From Legionella sp. (lineage in GTDB: Bacteria > Pseudomonadota > Gammaproteobacteria > Legionellales > Legionellaceae), in the NCBI GenBank assembly GCA_009995425.1, contig JAACPN010000005.1, positions 55,349 to 119,348 of the forward strand: a stretch of 64,000 nucleotides of DNA. The letters run 5' to 3'. Of this stretch, positions 27,071-37,490 are shown piece after piece. Each line of letters opens with the position of its first letter. The first letter of the stretch is position 1. The notes below the pieces were generated by a model. That model did not search any database. It saw only the letters and a program-made list of their open reading frames with translations, and had not been told where the DNA came from. The position numbers and the translations under genes were made by a program.

Positions 27071-28513
27071 CTATTTAGGAAGCGCTAAAAACTCTGCAAT
27101 ATCAACAATACGATAAAAATAACCCTCTGTAGAAACCGATGATGTAACACCCCCTAGATGAAACACAACAGGTATACTTGCAAACCCTCTTGGCACGTTT
27201 AACGCCTGAATTTTATCCTTCACTTGCTCAATAATAGCCACACCAAGCTCTTGACGCTTAAATTTAAATTCACAGATAAATAAGTTTTTCGTTGTTGTTT
27301 GTATCAGATAATCAATTTGACATCCTTGTTGCGTGGCTGTTTTAAATTGCCTAAAAGGACCATCTGACACGACATCACTGGCAGGTATGCCCAGAGCTTT
27401 TAATATTAATGTTCGGTTTTGTAATAATAACTGCTCGAGTTGCAACCCCATGTGTGCATCAAATCCGGGTAATGTTGATAATGGAGCGTCTTGGTAAGCA
27501 CCTAAATTTATTTGATTCATGTGGGGCTCGATTAATTTTAAGTAAAACCGCATATAAGGATCGGAGATACGATATAAGCTTTTTTTCAGTGGCTTTGTGG
27601 TTTTAAACGACCATAAATTTTGCTTACTTACGAATCCTGCTGTGCTCAAGTGCCCCATAAGTTTACTGAGTGTTCCACTATGTGCAAACTCAATCGACTC
27701 ACGTATTTCGGCGAGTGTTTTCATGCCATCTTTAAGAGCATTCAGAATTTTTTTGTACGTTGTGCCTTTACCATGAAACAAATCATGGACAATACGCTCA
27801 AATTCTAAAACCAATAAACCATGTTTTTCAAAGCATAACTGCTTAATCAGCTCATCGGCGGTTTGTCCTGGTGAAATTTGTTCTAAATACCAAGGAACAC
27901 CGCCTAGAATGCTCAAAATTTTATACATATCATACGTGGAACCTTGATATTTCGAGGCTTTTAAAAGCTTTGCACTTTCAAGTATTGTGAGTGGCTCTAA
28001 CGTCATGCTTAAATTAATTCTTCCAAAAAATGCCGTACTCTTTAAAATATTGTCTTCAATCCATGTCGAAACTGATCCACAAAAAACCATCACAATCGAT
28101 AATGTCTGTTGATCCCACCACGCTTTGAGTTTTGGAATAAAGCTTGGATCGTGAGCTCCCATCCAAGATATTTCATCAAATAAAATAATATCACCTGGGC
28201 TTAGATACTGATTTAAATACTCAAAAGCATCACTCCAGTCTTGAAATGTAAAAGGCGATGTATTGAGTCGCGTTGCTAATTGCCTGGCAAAATGATCGCG
28301 TTGGCTTTGATCACTCATGCCGTCCTGCGGCGCAAGACCCGAAAAACTCCATAATGTATTTTTCGGATGTTTTGATGCAAATTCAGCGATAAGGCGGCTT
28401 TTTCCAATCCTTCGCCTGCCTTTAACCACCACTAAACCAGGCGTTTGTTTTTTATGTAAATCTTCTAAACGCGCTAATTCACGCTCACGGCCAATAAATA
28501 TTTGCAAAACCAA
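27071..28513 (-). CDS. AAA-type ATPase (Arch_ATPase + DUF234-like)
   Basis: 480 aa. FIGRERELARLEDL...VVVKGRRRIGKSRLI Walker A. ILFDEISW Walker B. C-terminal restriction-endonuclease-like/DUF234-type region. Confidence 0.65.
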   Translation of the reverse strand: MVLQIFIGRERELARLEDLHKKQTPGLVVVKGRRRIGKSRLIAEFASKHPKNTLWSFSGLAPQDGMSDQSQRDHFARQLATRLNTSPFTFQDWSDAFEYLNQYLSPGDIILFDEISWMGAHDPSFIPKLKAWWDQQTLSIVMVFCGSVSTWIEDNILKSTAFFGRINLSMTLEPLTILESAKLLKASKYQGSTYDMYKILSILGGVPWYLEQISPGQTADELIKQLCFEKHGLLVLEFERIVHDLFHGKGTTYKKILNALKDGMKTLAEIRESIEFAHSGTLSKLMGHLSTAGFVSKQNLWSFKTTKPLKKSLYRISDPYMRFYLKLIEPHMNQINLGAYQDAPLSTLPGFDAHMGLQLEQLLLQNRTLILKALGIPASDVVSDGPFRQFKTATQQGCQIDYLIQTTTKNLFICEFKFKRQELGVAIIEQVKDKIQALNVPRGFASIPVVFHLGGVTSSVSTEGYFYRIVDIAEFLALPK

Positions 28514-28715
28514 CGCCTCTTTTTATGCTCAACTTAAATAAAACTATATAATGAGCAAAAAATAAAGTAAATATTAAATGCTCATCTTGATGTTTTTTAT
28601 ATATTGAGCATTGATAAAATATCCTTGCCTTCACTCCATGAATTTTTCTTTACCATAGAGGGCGCTTGTCTTACTATACGTAAACAAAAATACAAAAATC
28701 ACCAAGGAAGTATTT

Positions 28716-29639
28716 ATGAATATTCTCATTGCAGGCGCCTCGGGTTTTATTGGGCATGAGCTGGTGAACACCTTGCATGTTAACCATAAAGTCACGGTTT
28801 TAGGACGTAATAAACAAAGCTTATTCCAACAATTTTCTAAAATAGCGGCCTGCCATGATTGGGGTGAGCTTCATACATTAAATGCAAACGACTATGACGC
28901 CATCATCAATCTTTGCGGTGAAAATATTGCCAATTCACGCTGGAGCGATACGGTCAAAAAAAACCTGATTGTCTCGCGTGTTGAAACAAGTGAAAAGTTG
29001 ATTAACTGGTGCATCAGTCAAAACGCGAAGCCTCACTTTATTTGTGCGAATGCCATCGGTATTTATGGTGTTCAAGCATCTGATGACACAACATCGTTGG
29101 ATGAAAACACGCAAATTAATGCAAACAATCCTCCTGATTTTCTGACGGAGATTTGTGTCAAATGGCAAGAAGCGCTTAAGCCTGCCATAGATTACGGTAT
29201 GCCGGTCACCACAACACGGTTTGGTGTCGTCTTAAAAAAACAGCAAGGCATGCTAAAAAAACTTTTCCCAAGCTTTTTTGTCGGACTAGGAAGCCTTGTG
29301 GGTGACGGAAAACAATGCTTATCATGGGTTCATGTGGATGATGTGGTGGGCGGACTTATTTTTCTTTTAAAGCATCCTGAATTAACCGGCCCGTTTAATA
29401 TCACCTCACCCAATCCAGTCAGCCAAGCAACCTTTGCTCGCGCACTTGCAAAAGCCATGCATCGTCCTTTGTTTTTAACCATGCCAGCTTTTCTTGTAAA
29501 ACTATTATTCGGTGAAATGGGTGATTATTTACTACTCAAGGGCCAACGTGTGCTGCCTACGCGTTTGCTTGAAGCTGGATATACGTTTTCTCATCCCGAC
29601 TTATGCGAAGCGCTAGAATATGATTTTCATCAAGCATAA
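28716..29639 (+). CDS. TIGR01777-family NAD-dependent epimerase-like protein (YfcH-like, DUF1731 C-terminus)
   Basis: 307 aa. MNILIAGASGFIGHEL Rossmann start. C-terminal GQRVLPTRLLEAGYTFSHPDLCEALE block typical of the family. Confidence 0.8.
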   Translation: MNILIAGASGFIGHELVNTLHVNHKVTVLGRNKQSLFQQFSKIAACHDWGELHTLNANDYDAIINLCGENIANSRWSDTVKKNLIVSRVETSEKLINWCISQNAKPHFICANAIGIYGVQASDDTTSLDENTQINANNPPDFLTEICVKWQEALKPAIDYGMPVTTTRFGVVLKKQQGMLKKLFPSFFVGLGSLVGDGKQCLSWVHVDDVVGGLIFLLKHPELTGPFNITSPNPVSQATFARALAKAMHRPLFLTMPAFLVKLLFGEMGDYLLLKGQRVLPTRLLEAGYTFSHPDLCEALEYDFHQA

Positions 29640-29777
29640 CAAGCTGGAATTTTCAGTTTCACTCGCGGTGACTTAAACTCATGATCCAATCTTGGTGCTA
29701 TGGGAACGGTTATGGTGGAAAAAATAAGTCTTACGGATTTAAGCCTCTTGAACACAACCCGAACTTTATTGTAAAAT

Positions 29778-30917
29778 ATGTACAAATTTTTCATACTTTT
29801 CGGGCAAATCATTTTGGTCAACATCACCACAACACCCATACAGTGCTCTACTAAAGCACCTAATCCAGCGCAAAAGCGCTTTAATACATTAACCAAAGGA
29901 TTACAGCGCGATAAAGCACAGTTACATCAGTGGTTGGAAGCGCATAGCCAATTAAAAACCGAGTTGGCGCAAAAAATTATTCCATTATCCCAAGAAATTA
30001 ACGCGATGCAGCTCAACATGCTCATCATGCTCGATCAATACCATAGCAACAGCAACACAGCACTAACCGTTAAACAGCAAGAAAAGCTGTATACGTTTAT
30101 CCAAGGCCTGGCTGATACCTGTTTGTGCTTTGATGAATCGGGGGTTGCCGAAGAAATACACGACCGTTATAACGAGATGTCTGTGGCTGAAATTAAGCAT
30201 GAGCAAGAAGCCATGCTAAAATCTGGACTGGAAGATTTGTATGATATCAACTTAGGGGAAGACTTCGACTTTGGCTCTGAAACGGCCTACGCTGATTTCT
30301 TGGGTGCAGTCAACGGTAAGAAAAAACAAAGATCATCCGCTCAAAAAAAAGTAAAAGAAACAAAAGTGTCTGACAACGAAATCATGGAAAACCAGTCCAT
30401 CAAAGAAATTTTCAGACAGCTCACAAAAGTCTTGCACCCCGATAGAGAAATGGACGAAGCGAAAAAAGCACAAAAAAGTGTATTAATGCAACGTGCAAAC
30501 CTTGCTTATAAACAAAATGATCTCCTCGCTCTTTTAGAATTACAGTTTGAAAGAGAACAATTTGAACAAAAAGAACTTAATTCTCTTGCCAATGAAAAGC
30601 TACTTGCCTACAACCGAATGCTGCAACGCCAACGCAAACAAATCAAAGAAGAAATAGCGATCCTAAAACAACGTATCAGCCATGATATTCAGATGCCTCC
30701 TTTTTATTTTTATGATGCGCCTGAGCATGCGTTTGCTTACCTTAACCAAGAAGCACGCAATATGAAAGCATCAAAATCACAACTGGCTGAAGAACTGGAA
30801 ATTTTTTCTGATATAAAGTCCTTGAAACGATGGCTCAATACCCTAAAAAAATCCCAGATGAAGGCAAACGAACACAGCTCGATTGATGAAATCATGGAAG
30901 ATCTTTTTAGTTTTTAA
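29778..30917 (+). CDS. J-domain (HPD motif) protein with coiled-coil regions
   Basis: 379 aa. IKEIFRQLTKVLHPDRE...ANLAYKQNDLLALLELQ is a J-domain with HPD. An in-frame stop 6 nt upstream fixes the earliest ATG. The N-terminal 30 aa are atypical, so the true start is uncertain. Confidence 0.55.
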   Translation: MYKFFILFGQIILVNITTTPIQCSTKAPNPAQKRFNTLTKGLQRDKAQLHQWLEAHSQLKTELAQKIIPLSQEINAMQLNMLIMLDQYHSNSNTALTVKQQEKLYTFIQGLADTCLCFDESGVAEEIHDRYNEMSVAEIKHEQEAMLKSGLEDLYDINLGEDFDFGSETAYADFLGAVNGKKKQRSSAQKKVKETKVSDNEIMENQSIKEIFRQLTKVLHPDREMDEAKKAQKSVLMQRANLAYKQNDLLALLELQFEREQFEQKELNSLANEKLLAYNRMLQRQRKQIKEEIAILKQRISHDIQMPPFYFYDAPEHAFAYLNQEARNMKASKSQLAEELEIFSDIKSLKRWLNTLKKSQMKANEHSSIDEIMEDLFSF

Positions 30918-30964
30918 TCAAAAAATAATTACGTTTACTGCTATAATCATAAAAAAAGGACTTT

Positions 30965-33247
30965 ATGATGATGCAGAAACGATGGCGTGTATTTTTAAGT
31001 TTTTTCTTTTTACTCTCTGTGTCCACAATGACATGCTCTGCTACCGTGGCAGACGATTCAACCCCCAAATTTTTTGATGTAACCCAGGGAAATCAACAGT
31101 TTGATGAAATTTCATTACAATTAGCCACCAAAAACATCCATATTCAAACTTTGAGCCAAGCCATCGAGCGCTTAAGTCAACTCGCTGGCGAAGCCGATCT
31201 TTGTGTTCAAAAAACCGAAGAAGAAATCAAGGCATTAAATCTTCAAATTCAAACCATCACCGGTGCCGCTGCTGGCAAAAAAACTTCAACCAATGTTGAT
31301 ACGAAGTATCTGGAAAATCAACGTGCTGAATTAAAGCAAACACAAGCCAATTGTCGATTATTTTTTATCCGCTCAGGTGAGGCCATCAAGGCTTATCGTA
31401 ATACGCTTTTATCGACTCAAAAAAAGATGACATTTACAAAAGGTGAGCATCTTGTGACAAAAATGAATCGCCTATCAACTGATCTAGAAAAAATGACTAT
31501 CCCAACATTCAATACAGCGTCGTTAGAAAATAGCGTTGATTACCCATTATATGCAGCACTTATTTTTATCTTCGCTCTCGTGTTTAACTGGCGGTTAAAA
31601 CCGTTCATGCATCAAACAAGCATCGTGCAATTTATCGTAAATATCGGACTCATTTTTTTTATTTTATGCGTTTCGACTTTTTTAATCCTAACAGACAAAT
31701 TCTTCAGCGAAGCTGAACATACTATTATTTTTCAACATGCGGTACTCACCTCGTTGGTCTATTTAACGTTTGTATTCCTCTACCGGTTTATTTTTGATTT
31801 AAAATGGTTGCCACGAACATTAATTTGGAAAAATTTCAACCTTACGGCTTTAAAAAAATTAGGCCTTGTCATTTCAACCCTTTATTTTGTTCATATGTTT
31901 GGGTTGGACTTATTATCGCTCTTTTCTGCCTCTCAAAATTTAATACAATTATTCAAAGAGACACTATTAATCGCTTCTTTGATAACCCTCGTGTATTTTA
32001 CATTATCTTTTTATCAATCGAATAGTCAACGACTTGAAAAACATGTTGCTCGAACCTTCGTTTATAAAATCTTAGGTTTGATTGTTGTTTGTTTTTTGTT
32101 GCTTGATTTTCTTGGTTATTCTGTTTTAGCGATCACAACATCTTACGTTTTATTTTCTTTATTGCTCACAAGTATCTTGGGTACGGTATTATTTTTATGT
32201 ATCAGCAAAGCTTACGGAATGCTCAATAATAAGCAACATGTTCACTATTATTTAAAAAAATTCTTGGGTTATTCCAAAAAGAAACCGCTGGTTGAATTTA
32301 TTTTGCTTAAAATCATCGGTCAAATTATGGTGATCGTTGGCATGACGTTTTTGTTTGCTCAATTAATCGGTGAAGCCAGCTATTTTTTAGATACCTTTTT
32401 AGATAAAGTTTATTCTGGCTTTAAAGCGGGAGGCATGATGATTGTTCCGGCTCAATGGCTGATTGGATTATTAACGTTTTGTTTTTTATCGCTTTTTTCA
32501 CGCCATATTGCAGCTAACATCAGTCGAAACCAACAGTTTGGAGGAGCAGAAGAAAAACAAGTCGCACTTGCTTCGATCGTGATGTATGTCGGCTTTGCTA
32601 TCGCTATCCTTTTTGGCTTGTTATTAGCCGGTTTTAACTTCACAAGCCTTGCTATCATCGCGGGCGCTTTGTCTGTAGGTATAGGCTTAGGTTTACAGTC
32701 GATTGTTAATAATTTTTTATCAGGCCTCATTCTTTTAATCGAGCAACCGATAAAACCCGGGGATAGAATTAAGATTGATGGTATTGAAGGCTTTGTTAAG
32801 AAAGTGAGTATTCGCTCAACACAAATCGTCACACCATCCAAAGAAGATATTATCATTCCTAACTCTGATCTAATTACTCACCATGTGACGAATTACATGT
32901 TTTCTGACAAATATTGGAGGGTCAACTGCCCCGTTGGTGTCGCTTATGGCAGTGATACGGCTAAGGTCTGTCAGGTACTCATGGATGTCGCTCTCGCTAA
33001 TCCTGAAGTCGTGAGAACACCATCGAACAAACCCGTAGTCTTATTTCGCTCATTTGGTGATAGTGCGTTGTTATTTGAACTATGGTGTTTAATTAAAGAC
33101 GTTAACAGTAAATTTGTCGTTACTAGCGAGTTAAATTTAGCCATTGATGAAGCGTTTCGAAAAAATAATATTTCTATCGCCTTTCCACAGCAAGACGTGC
33201 ATATAAAATTTGACCAAGAAAATCTGCCGTGGAATAAAAATGATTGA
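30965..33247 (+). CDS. Mechanosensitive channel, MscS family (MscK/KefA-like)
   Basis: 760 aa. Signal peptide, periplasmic coiled-coil, multiple TMs and the MscS core (LSGLILLIEQPIKPGDRIKIDGIEGFVKKVSIRSTQIV). Confidence 0.85.
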   Translation: MMMQKRWRVFLSFFFLLSVSTMTCSATVADDSTPKFFDVTQGNQQFDEISLQLATKNIHIQTLSQAIERLSQLAGEADLCVQKTEEEIKALNLQIQTITGAAAGKKTSTNVDTKYLENQRAELKQTQANCRLFFIRSGEAIKAYRNTLLSTQKKMTFTKGEHLVTKMNRLSTDLEKMTIPTFNTASLENSVDYPLYAALIFIFALVFNWRLKPFMHQTSIVQFIVNIGLIFFILCVSTFLILTDKFFSEAEHTIIFQHAVLTSLVYLTFVFLYRFIFDLKWLPRTLIWKNFNLTALKKLGLVISTLYFVHMFGLDLLSLFSASQNLIQLFKETLLIASLITLVYFTLSFYQSNSQRLEKHVARTFVYKILGLIVVCFLLLDFLGYSVLAITTSYVLFSLLLTSILGTVLFLCISKAYGMLNNKQHVHYYLKKFLGYSKKKPLVEFILLKIIGQIMVIVGMTFLFAQLIGEASYFLDTFLDKVYSGFKAGGMMIVPAQWLIGLLTFCFLSLFSRHIAANISRNQQFGGAEEKQVALASIVMYVGFAIAILFGLLLAGFNFTSLAIIAGALSVGIGLGLQSIVNNFLSGLILLIEQPIKPGDRIKIDGIEGFVKKVSIRSTQIVTPSKEDIIIPNSDLITHHVTNYMFSDKYWRVNCPVGVAYGSDTAKVCQVLMDVALANPEVVRTPSNKPVVLFRSFGDSALLFELWCLIKDVNSKFVVTSELNLAIDEAFRKNNISIAFPQQDVHIKFDQENLPWNKND

Positions 33248-33255
33248 AAGCGTGC

Positions 33256-35862
33256 TTACTCGCCTTCAATCATCCCAAACACCTGCTGTATGCGTGCATC
33301 CAAATCATCAGGAACCACGCCCCCGCCTTGAGCGAGATCATCACGGCCACCGCCTTGGCCACACAAGGCTTTGACAAACACACCCGCTTTGGGTAGGCCT
33401 TGCTCAAGTAACGGCTTGCTTACGCTGGCAATGACATGCATTTTATCTTGCAACACGCCAATTAAAACCAAAACCACATGGCCTTGGCTGGATTTAAGCT
33501 GCTCAAGCATGCTGCGTAAATCAGCTGGATCCACACCATCAAGCCGTTTAATTAACACATCAACACCTTGAATTTGCTTAAATTCAGCCAATAATGCACG
33601 TCCTGAGTCAGCAGCGGCTTGCTGTTTTAAATGATTGAGCTCCCTTGTTTGCTGCTTGGAAGCATCGAGCGCTTGTTGTAATTTTTGAGGCGCTTCGTCC
33701 GGCGTGGCTTTTAACAAGCTCGCCATAGTGCTTAAGTACGCGAGTTGCTGATTAGTCCAATCAAGTGCATACGAACCGGTCATAAAATCAACACGACGCA
33801 CACCACGTGCGATCCCATATTCTGCTGTGATTTTAAAAAGCCCCAGATCACCCGTACGTCGCGCATGCGTGCCACCGCACAGTTCTTTTGAGAACTCACC
33901 CATGGTAAGCACACGCACATCATCACCGTATTTTTCACCAAACAGTGCGACGGCACCGTCTTTCATCGCATCATCCATCGACATGACGCGAGTATCAACA
34001 TCAGCATTTTTACGAATCTCAGTGTTCACACGCGCTTCAACTTCGGCCAATTGTGCTGGCGTTAATGCTGCATCATAGGCAAAGTCAAATCGTGCACGCT
34101 CAGCATCGACCAGGGAGCCTTTTTGTGACACGCTTTCACCCAAGATTTGCTTTAACGCTGCATGCAACAAATGTGTTGCGGTATGGTTTAAGCGTATGGC
34201 CTCGCGACGCGCATGATTAATTTCTGCCCTAACGATCTCTTGAAGCTTAAGCTCACCTTGAACAAGCTCACCTTCATGAACAATCGCCTGCCCCACACGC
34301 TGCGTGTTCTCTACACGAAATAACACATCACTCGATAATAATCCACGCAACTCGCCTTGATCACCCACTTGACCACCACTCTCCGCATAAAATGGTGTGG
34401 CTGCTAATACGACCGATGCGCGTGTTCCTGCCGTAATACGCTCAACCACGTGACCCTCGGCACGTAAAGCAAGCACCCTGCTTTCACATGTATTTTGGGT
34501 ATAGCCTTCAAATACCGAAACATCGGTCAACGGCACCATCTCGTTATAATCCACACGAAAACTACTTGCAGATTGTGATAACTCACGTTGTCGCTTCATG
34601 CAGACTTCAAAACCTGGAAGATCAACTTGAATGCCCTGCTCTCGCAAAATATCTTGTGTTAAATCTAACGGAAAACCATACGTATCATAAAGTTTGAACG
34701 CCACTTCACCCGAAAGTGTCGTATTCGCAATATTAGGCAACGCTTCTTGTAATAACTTCAAACCGTGATCCAACGTTTTTGCAAATTGCACTTCTTCTTG
34801 CAGCAAGATTTTTTTAATCATGCTCGCTTGTTCAGCAAGCACAGGGTATGCAGCACCCATCTGATCAACCAGCGCATCCACTAAAAGGGTCAAGAAAGGC
34901 GTAGGCAGCTCTAACCGATGCCCGTGACGTACAGCTCGACGAATAATACGCCGCAGCACATAGCCTCGGCCTTCGTTACTAGGTGTCACGCCATCAATCA
35001 TTAAAAATGCCATGGCACGAATATGATCAGCAATCACGTTTAACGATGTATGTACCAATGGAATGGACGCAGGATGCTGAGATAAGCCTTGAATCGCTTG
35101 TTTTAAAAATTTGAACGTATCGGTATCGTAATTGCTTTGCACGTGTTGCATCACTGCCGCAAGACGCTCAAGCCCCATACCGGTATCAATCGAAGGCTTT
35201 TCAAGCGCATGCAACACGCCGTCAGCATCACGGTTGTACTGCATAAACACCAAATTCCAAATTTCAACATAACGATCGCCATCAGCATCGGGTGAACCCG
35301 GTGGGCCACCGACGACTTCTGGACCATGATCGTAAAAAATTTCGGTACAGGGACCACATGGGCCTGTATCCCCCATCGACCAAAAATTATCATCTTCGCC
35401 ACAACGTGAAAAACGGGCTGGCGACACACCGATTTCTTTGTGCCATATTGCAGCTGCTTCATCGTCTTTTTCATACACGGTGATCCACAAACGCTCTTCT
35501 GGAAGCTTTAAGATATTCGTTAAAAAATCCCAGGCATAATGAATCGCTTCGCGCTTAAAATAATCACCAAAACTAAAATTACCGAGCATTTCAAAAAACG
35601 TATGATGACGTGCCGTATAACCCACTTGATCTAAATCATTATGCTTACCACCGGCACGAACACAGCGCTGCACACTCACCGCGCGCGAATAAGGGCGTGA
35701 TTCAAGCCCCAAAAATACATTTTTAAACGGAACCATACCCGCATTCACAAACAAAAGCGTTGGATCGTTATCTGGAATCAGTGAAGCCGACGCCACCTCT
35801 TCATGCTGATGATGTTTAAAATAATCTAAAAAAGCTTGTCGTATTGCTGCACTGTTCATCAT
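33256..35862 (-). CDS. alaS: Alanyl-tRNA synthetase
   Basis: 868 aa. Blocks FVNAGMVPFKNVFLG, RHHTFFEMLGNFSFGDYFK and the editing-domain HTATHLLHAAL / CGGTH motifs. Confidence 0.95.
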   Translation of the reverse strand: MMNSAAIRQAFLDYFKHHQHEEVASASLIPDNDPTLLFVNAGMVPFKNVFLGLESRPYSRAVSVQRCVRAGGKHNDLDQVGYTARHHTFFEMLGNFSFGDYFKREAIHYAWDFLTNILKLPEERLWITVYEKDDEAAAIWHKEIGVSPARFSRCGEDDNFWSMGDTGPCGPCTEIFYDHGPEVVGGPPGSPDADGDRYVEIWNLVFMQYNRDADGVLHALEKPSIDTGMGLERLAAVMQHVQSNYDTDTFKFLKQAIQGLSQHPASIPLVHTSLNVIADHIRAMAFLMIDGVTPSNEGRGYVLRRIIRRAVRHGHRLELPTPFLTLLVDALVDQMGAAYPVLAEQASMIKKILLQEEVQFAKTLDHGLKLLQEALPNIANTTLSGEVAFKLYDTYGFPLDLTQDILREQGIQVDLPGFEVCMKRQRELSQSASSFRVDYNEMVPLTDVSVFEGYTQNTCESRVLALRAEGHVVERITAGTRASVVLAATPFYAESGGQVGDQGELRGLLSSDVLFRVENTQRVGQAIVHEGELVQGELKLQEIVRAEINHARREAIRLNHTATHLLHAALKQILGESVSQKGSLVDAERARFDFAYDAALTPAQLAEVEARVNTEIRKNADVDTRVMSMDDAMKDGAVALFGEKYGDDVRVLTMGEFSKELCGGTHARRTGDLGLFKITAEYGIARGVRRVDFMTGSYALDWTNQQLAYLSTMASLLKATPDEAPQKLQQALDASKQQTRELNHLKQQAAADSGRALLAEFKQIQGVDVLIKRLDGVDPADLRSMLEQLKSSQGHVVLVLIGVLQDKMHVIASVSKPLLEQGLPKAGVFVKALCGQGGGRDDLAQGGGVVPDDLDARIQQVFGMIEGE

Positions 35863-35898
35863 AATACCTAAAAAAATACCTAAAAAAATACCTAATAA
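35863..35898. repeat. 12-bp tandem repeat x3 (AATACCTAAAAA) spanning the recX stop and the alaS leader
   Basis: Units at 35863-35874, 35875-35886 and 35887-35898; the third has one mismatch. On the coding strand each unit reads TTTTTAGGTATT. The unit next to the alaS ATG supplies its AGGT SD. Confidence 0.7.
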
Positions 35899-36368
35899 TT
35901 ACTCTCTGCTTCGAGCGCTTCAAACACCGAACGAACCGTCGCGTCGGCAAAGCCTCGATAACGTAAAAATTGCCATTGTTTTTGTCGCGCTTTATTGGGC
36001 GCATCCAACCTATCGACCAAACCCTGGGAAGCAGCAAATTTTTTCATCCAAACAGCTAAGGCTGCAGCCACCCAGTCTATTTCTTGATTTATTTCATCCA
36101 ACACATGCTCAATGATATCAGCTGCAACACCGTCATGCTGAAGTAGCTGTTGAATCATCACCGGACCGTAACCTCGCGCAATACGCGACCTGCACGTCGC
36201 TTCAGCAAATCGCGTATCACTTTGTAAATTAAGGCGCTGACAATCCTCGAGAGCTCTGGCAATCGCCTGCTCATCGAAGCCTCGTTGGGCTAACTTTCGC
36301 TGCAGTTGCTGCACACTATGCTCACGTTTAGCAAGCAAGCCCACAGCAACGTCATACGCTTCACGCAT
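35892..36368 (-). CDS. recX: RecA regulator RecX
   Basis: 158 aa helical-repeat protein. It lies immediately downstream of recA and overlaps it by 8 nt. Typical [21 protein letters not shown] start. Confidence 0.85.
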   Translation of the reverse strand: MREAYDVAVGLLAKREHSVQQLQRKLAQRGFDEQAIARALEDCQRLNLQSDTRFAEATCRSRIARGYGPVMIQQLLQHDGVAADIIEHVLDEINQEIDWVAAALAVWMKKFAASQGLVDRLDAPNKARQKQWQFLRYRGFADATVRSVFEALEAESNY

Positions 36369-37407
36369 CCATCAACTCAAGTGATTCAGGCTCATCTGAT
36401 TTGGGTTTCAAGGCAGGATTTTCAAAATATGCCGTTCGAATACGCGCTTCTAAATCAGCGGCAATCTCAGGATTTTCTTTCAAGAATACGCGAACGTTTT
36501 CTTTGCCTTGCCCAATTTTATTTTTATTGTAACTGTACCATGCTCCTGCTTTTTCGATAAAACCAAGCTCGGTGGCTAACGCAATAATTTCGCCTTCACG
36601 TGAAATACCTTCGTTATAAAAAATCTCAAACTCGGCTTTCTTAAACGGTGGCGCCACTTTATTTTTAACCACTTTGACACGTGTTTCACTACCTAAAATA
36701 TCATCGCCTTTTTTAATGGAGCCGATACGACGAATATCCAAGCGAACGGACGCGTAAAATTTAAGCGCATTGCCACCGGTGGTGGTTTCGGGACTGCCAA
36801 ACATCACCCCAATTTTCATGCGAATCTGATTAATAAAAATAACGAGTGTATTGGATCGCTTAATATTCGCTGTTAGTTTTCGAAGGGCTTGCGACATCAA
36901 TCGTGCATGTAAACCCACATGTGAATCACCCATGTCGCCTTCAATCTCAGCTTTAGGTGTTAATGCAGCAACCGAGTCAACCACAATCACATCCACAGCA
37001 GCTGAGCGTACAAGCATATCCGTGATTTCAAGTGCTTGCTCACCCGTATCAGGTTGTGAAATTAAAAGATTGTCGACATCGACACCTAAACGCTTGGCAT
37101 AACTTGGGTCTAATGCATGCTCCGCATCCACAAATGCTGCCGTGCCACCATGCTTTTGGCATTCGGCAATCACTTGTAACGTTAACGTGGTTTTACCTGA
37201 AGATTCTGGCCCGTAAATTTCGACCACACGCCCTTTTGGTAAGCCGCCTATGCCAAGTGCAATATCTAAACCTAAAGAGCCGGTTGAAATGGCTTCAATA
37301 TCTGGTAACGCCGTACCATCACCCAAACGCATCACCGAACCTTTTCCAAATTGACGCTCAATTTGCGAAAGTGCAGCACTTAAGGCTTTTTGCTTATTGT
37401 CTTCCAT
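36361..37407 (-). CDS. recA: Recombinase RecA
   Basis: 348 aa. [23 protein letters not shown] start, [13 protein letters not shown]-loop and the [37 protein letters not shown] block. Confidence 0.97.
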   Translation of the reverse strand: MEDNKQKALSAALSQIERQFGKGSVMRLGDGTALPDIEAISTGSLGLDIALGIGGLPKGRVVEIYGPESSGKTTLTLQVIAECQKHGGTAAFVDAEHALDPSYAKRLGVDVDNLLISQPDTGEQALEITDMLVRSAAVDVIVVDSVAALTPKAEIEGDMGDSHVGLHARLMSQALRKLTANIKRSNTLVIFINQIRMKIGVMFGSPETTTGGNALKFYASVRLDIRRIGSIKKGDDILGSETRVKVVKNKVAPPFKKAEFEIFYNEGISREGEIIALATELGFIEKAGAWYSYNKNKIGQGKENVRVFLKENPEIAADLEARIRTAYFENPALKPKSDEPESLELMDA

Positions 37408-37490
37408 TCGTTCACCTGTAAAAATAGATCATCAAGAGGTAGGATCCCGATTATCACATACCTCCCCCGTAGCCGCAAAGGTAGGACACC

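Noticed and set aside
28514-28715. Several TGAGCA/TGCTCA inverted motifs in the AT-rich region between the DUF234 ATPase and the epimerase-like gene
   Set aside because: The motifs are short (6-7 bp), irregularly spaced and occur in AT-rich promoter DNA. No consistent dyad or known consensus emerged.
37408-37490. Search for a LexA/SOS box (CTGT-N8-ACAG) in the recA promoter
   Set aside because: Only a half-match (CTGTAAAAATAGATCA) is present. There is no credible SOS box, consistent with reports that Legionella lacks LexA. Nothing to annotate.
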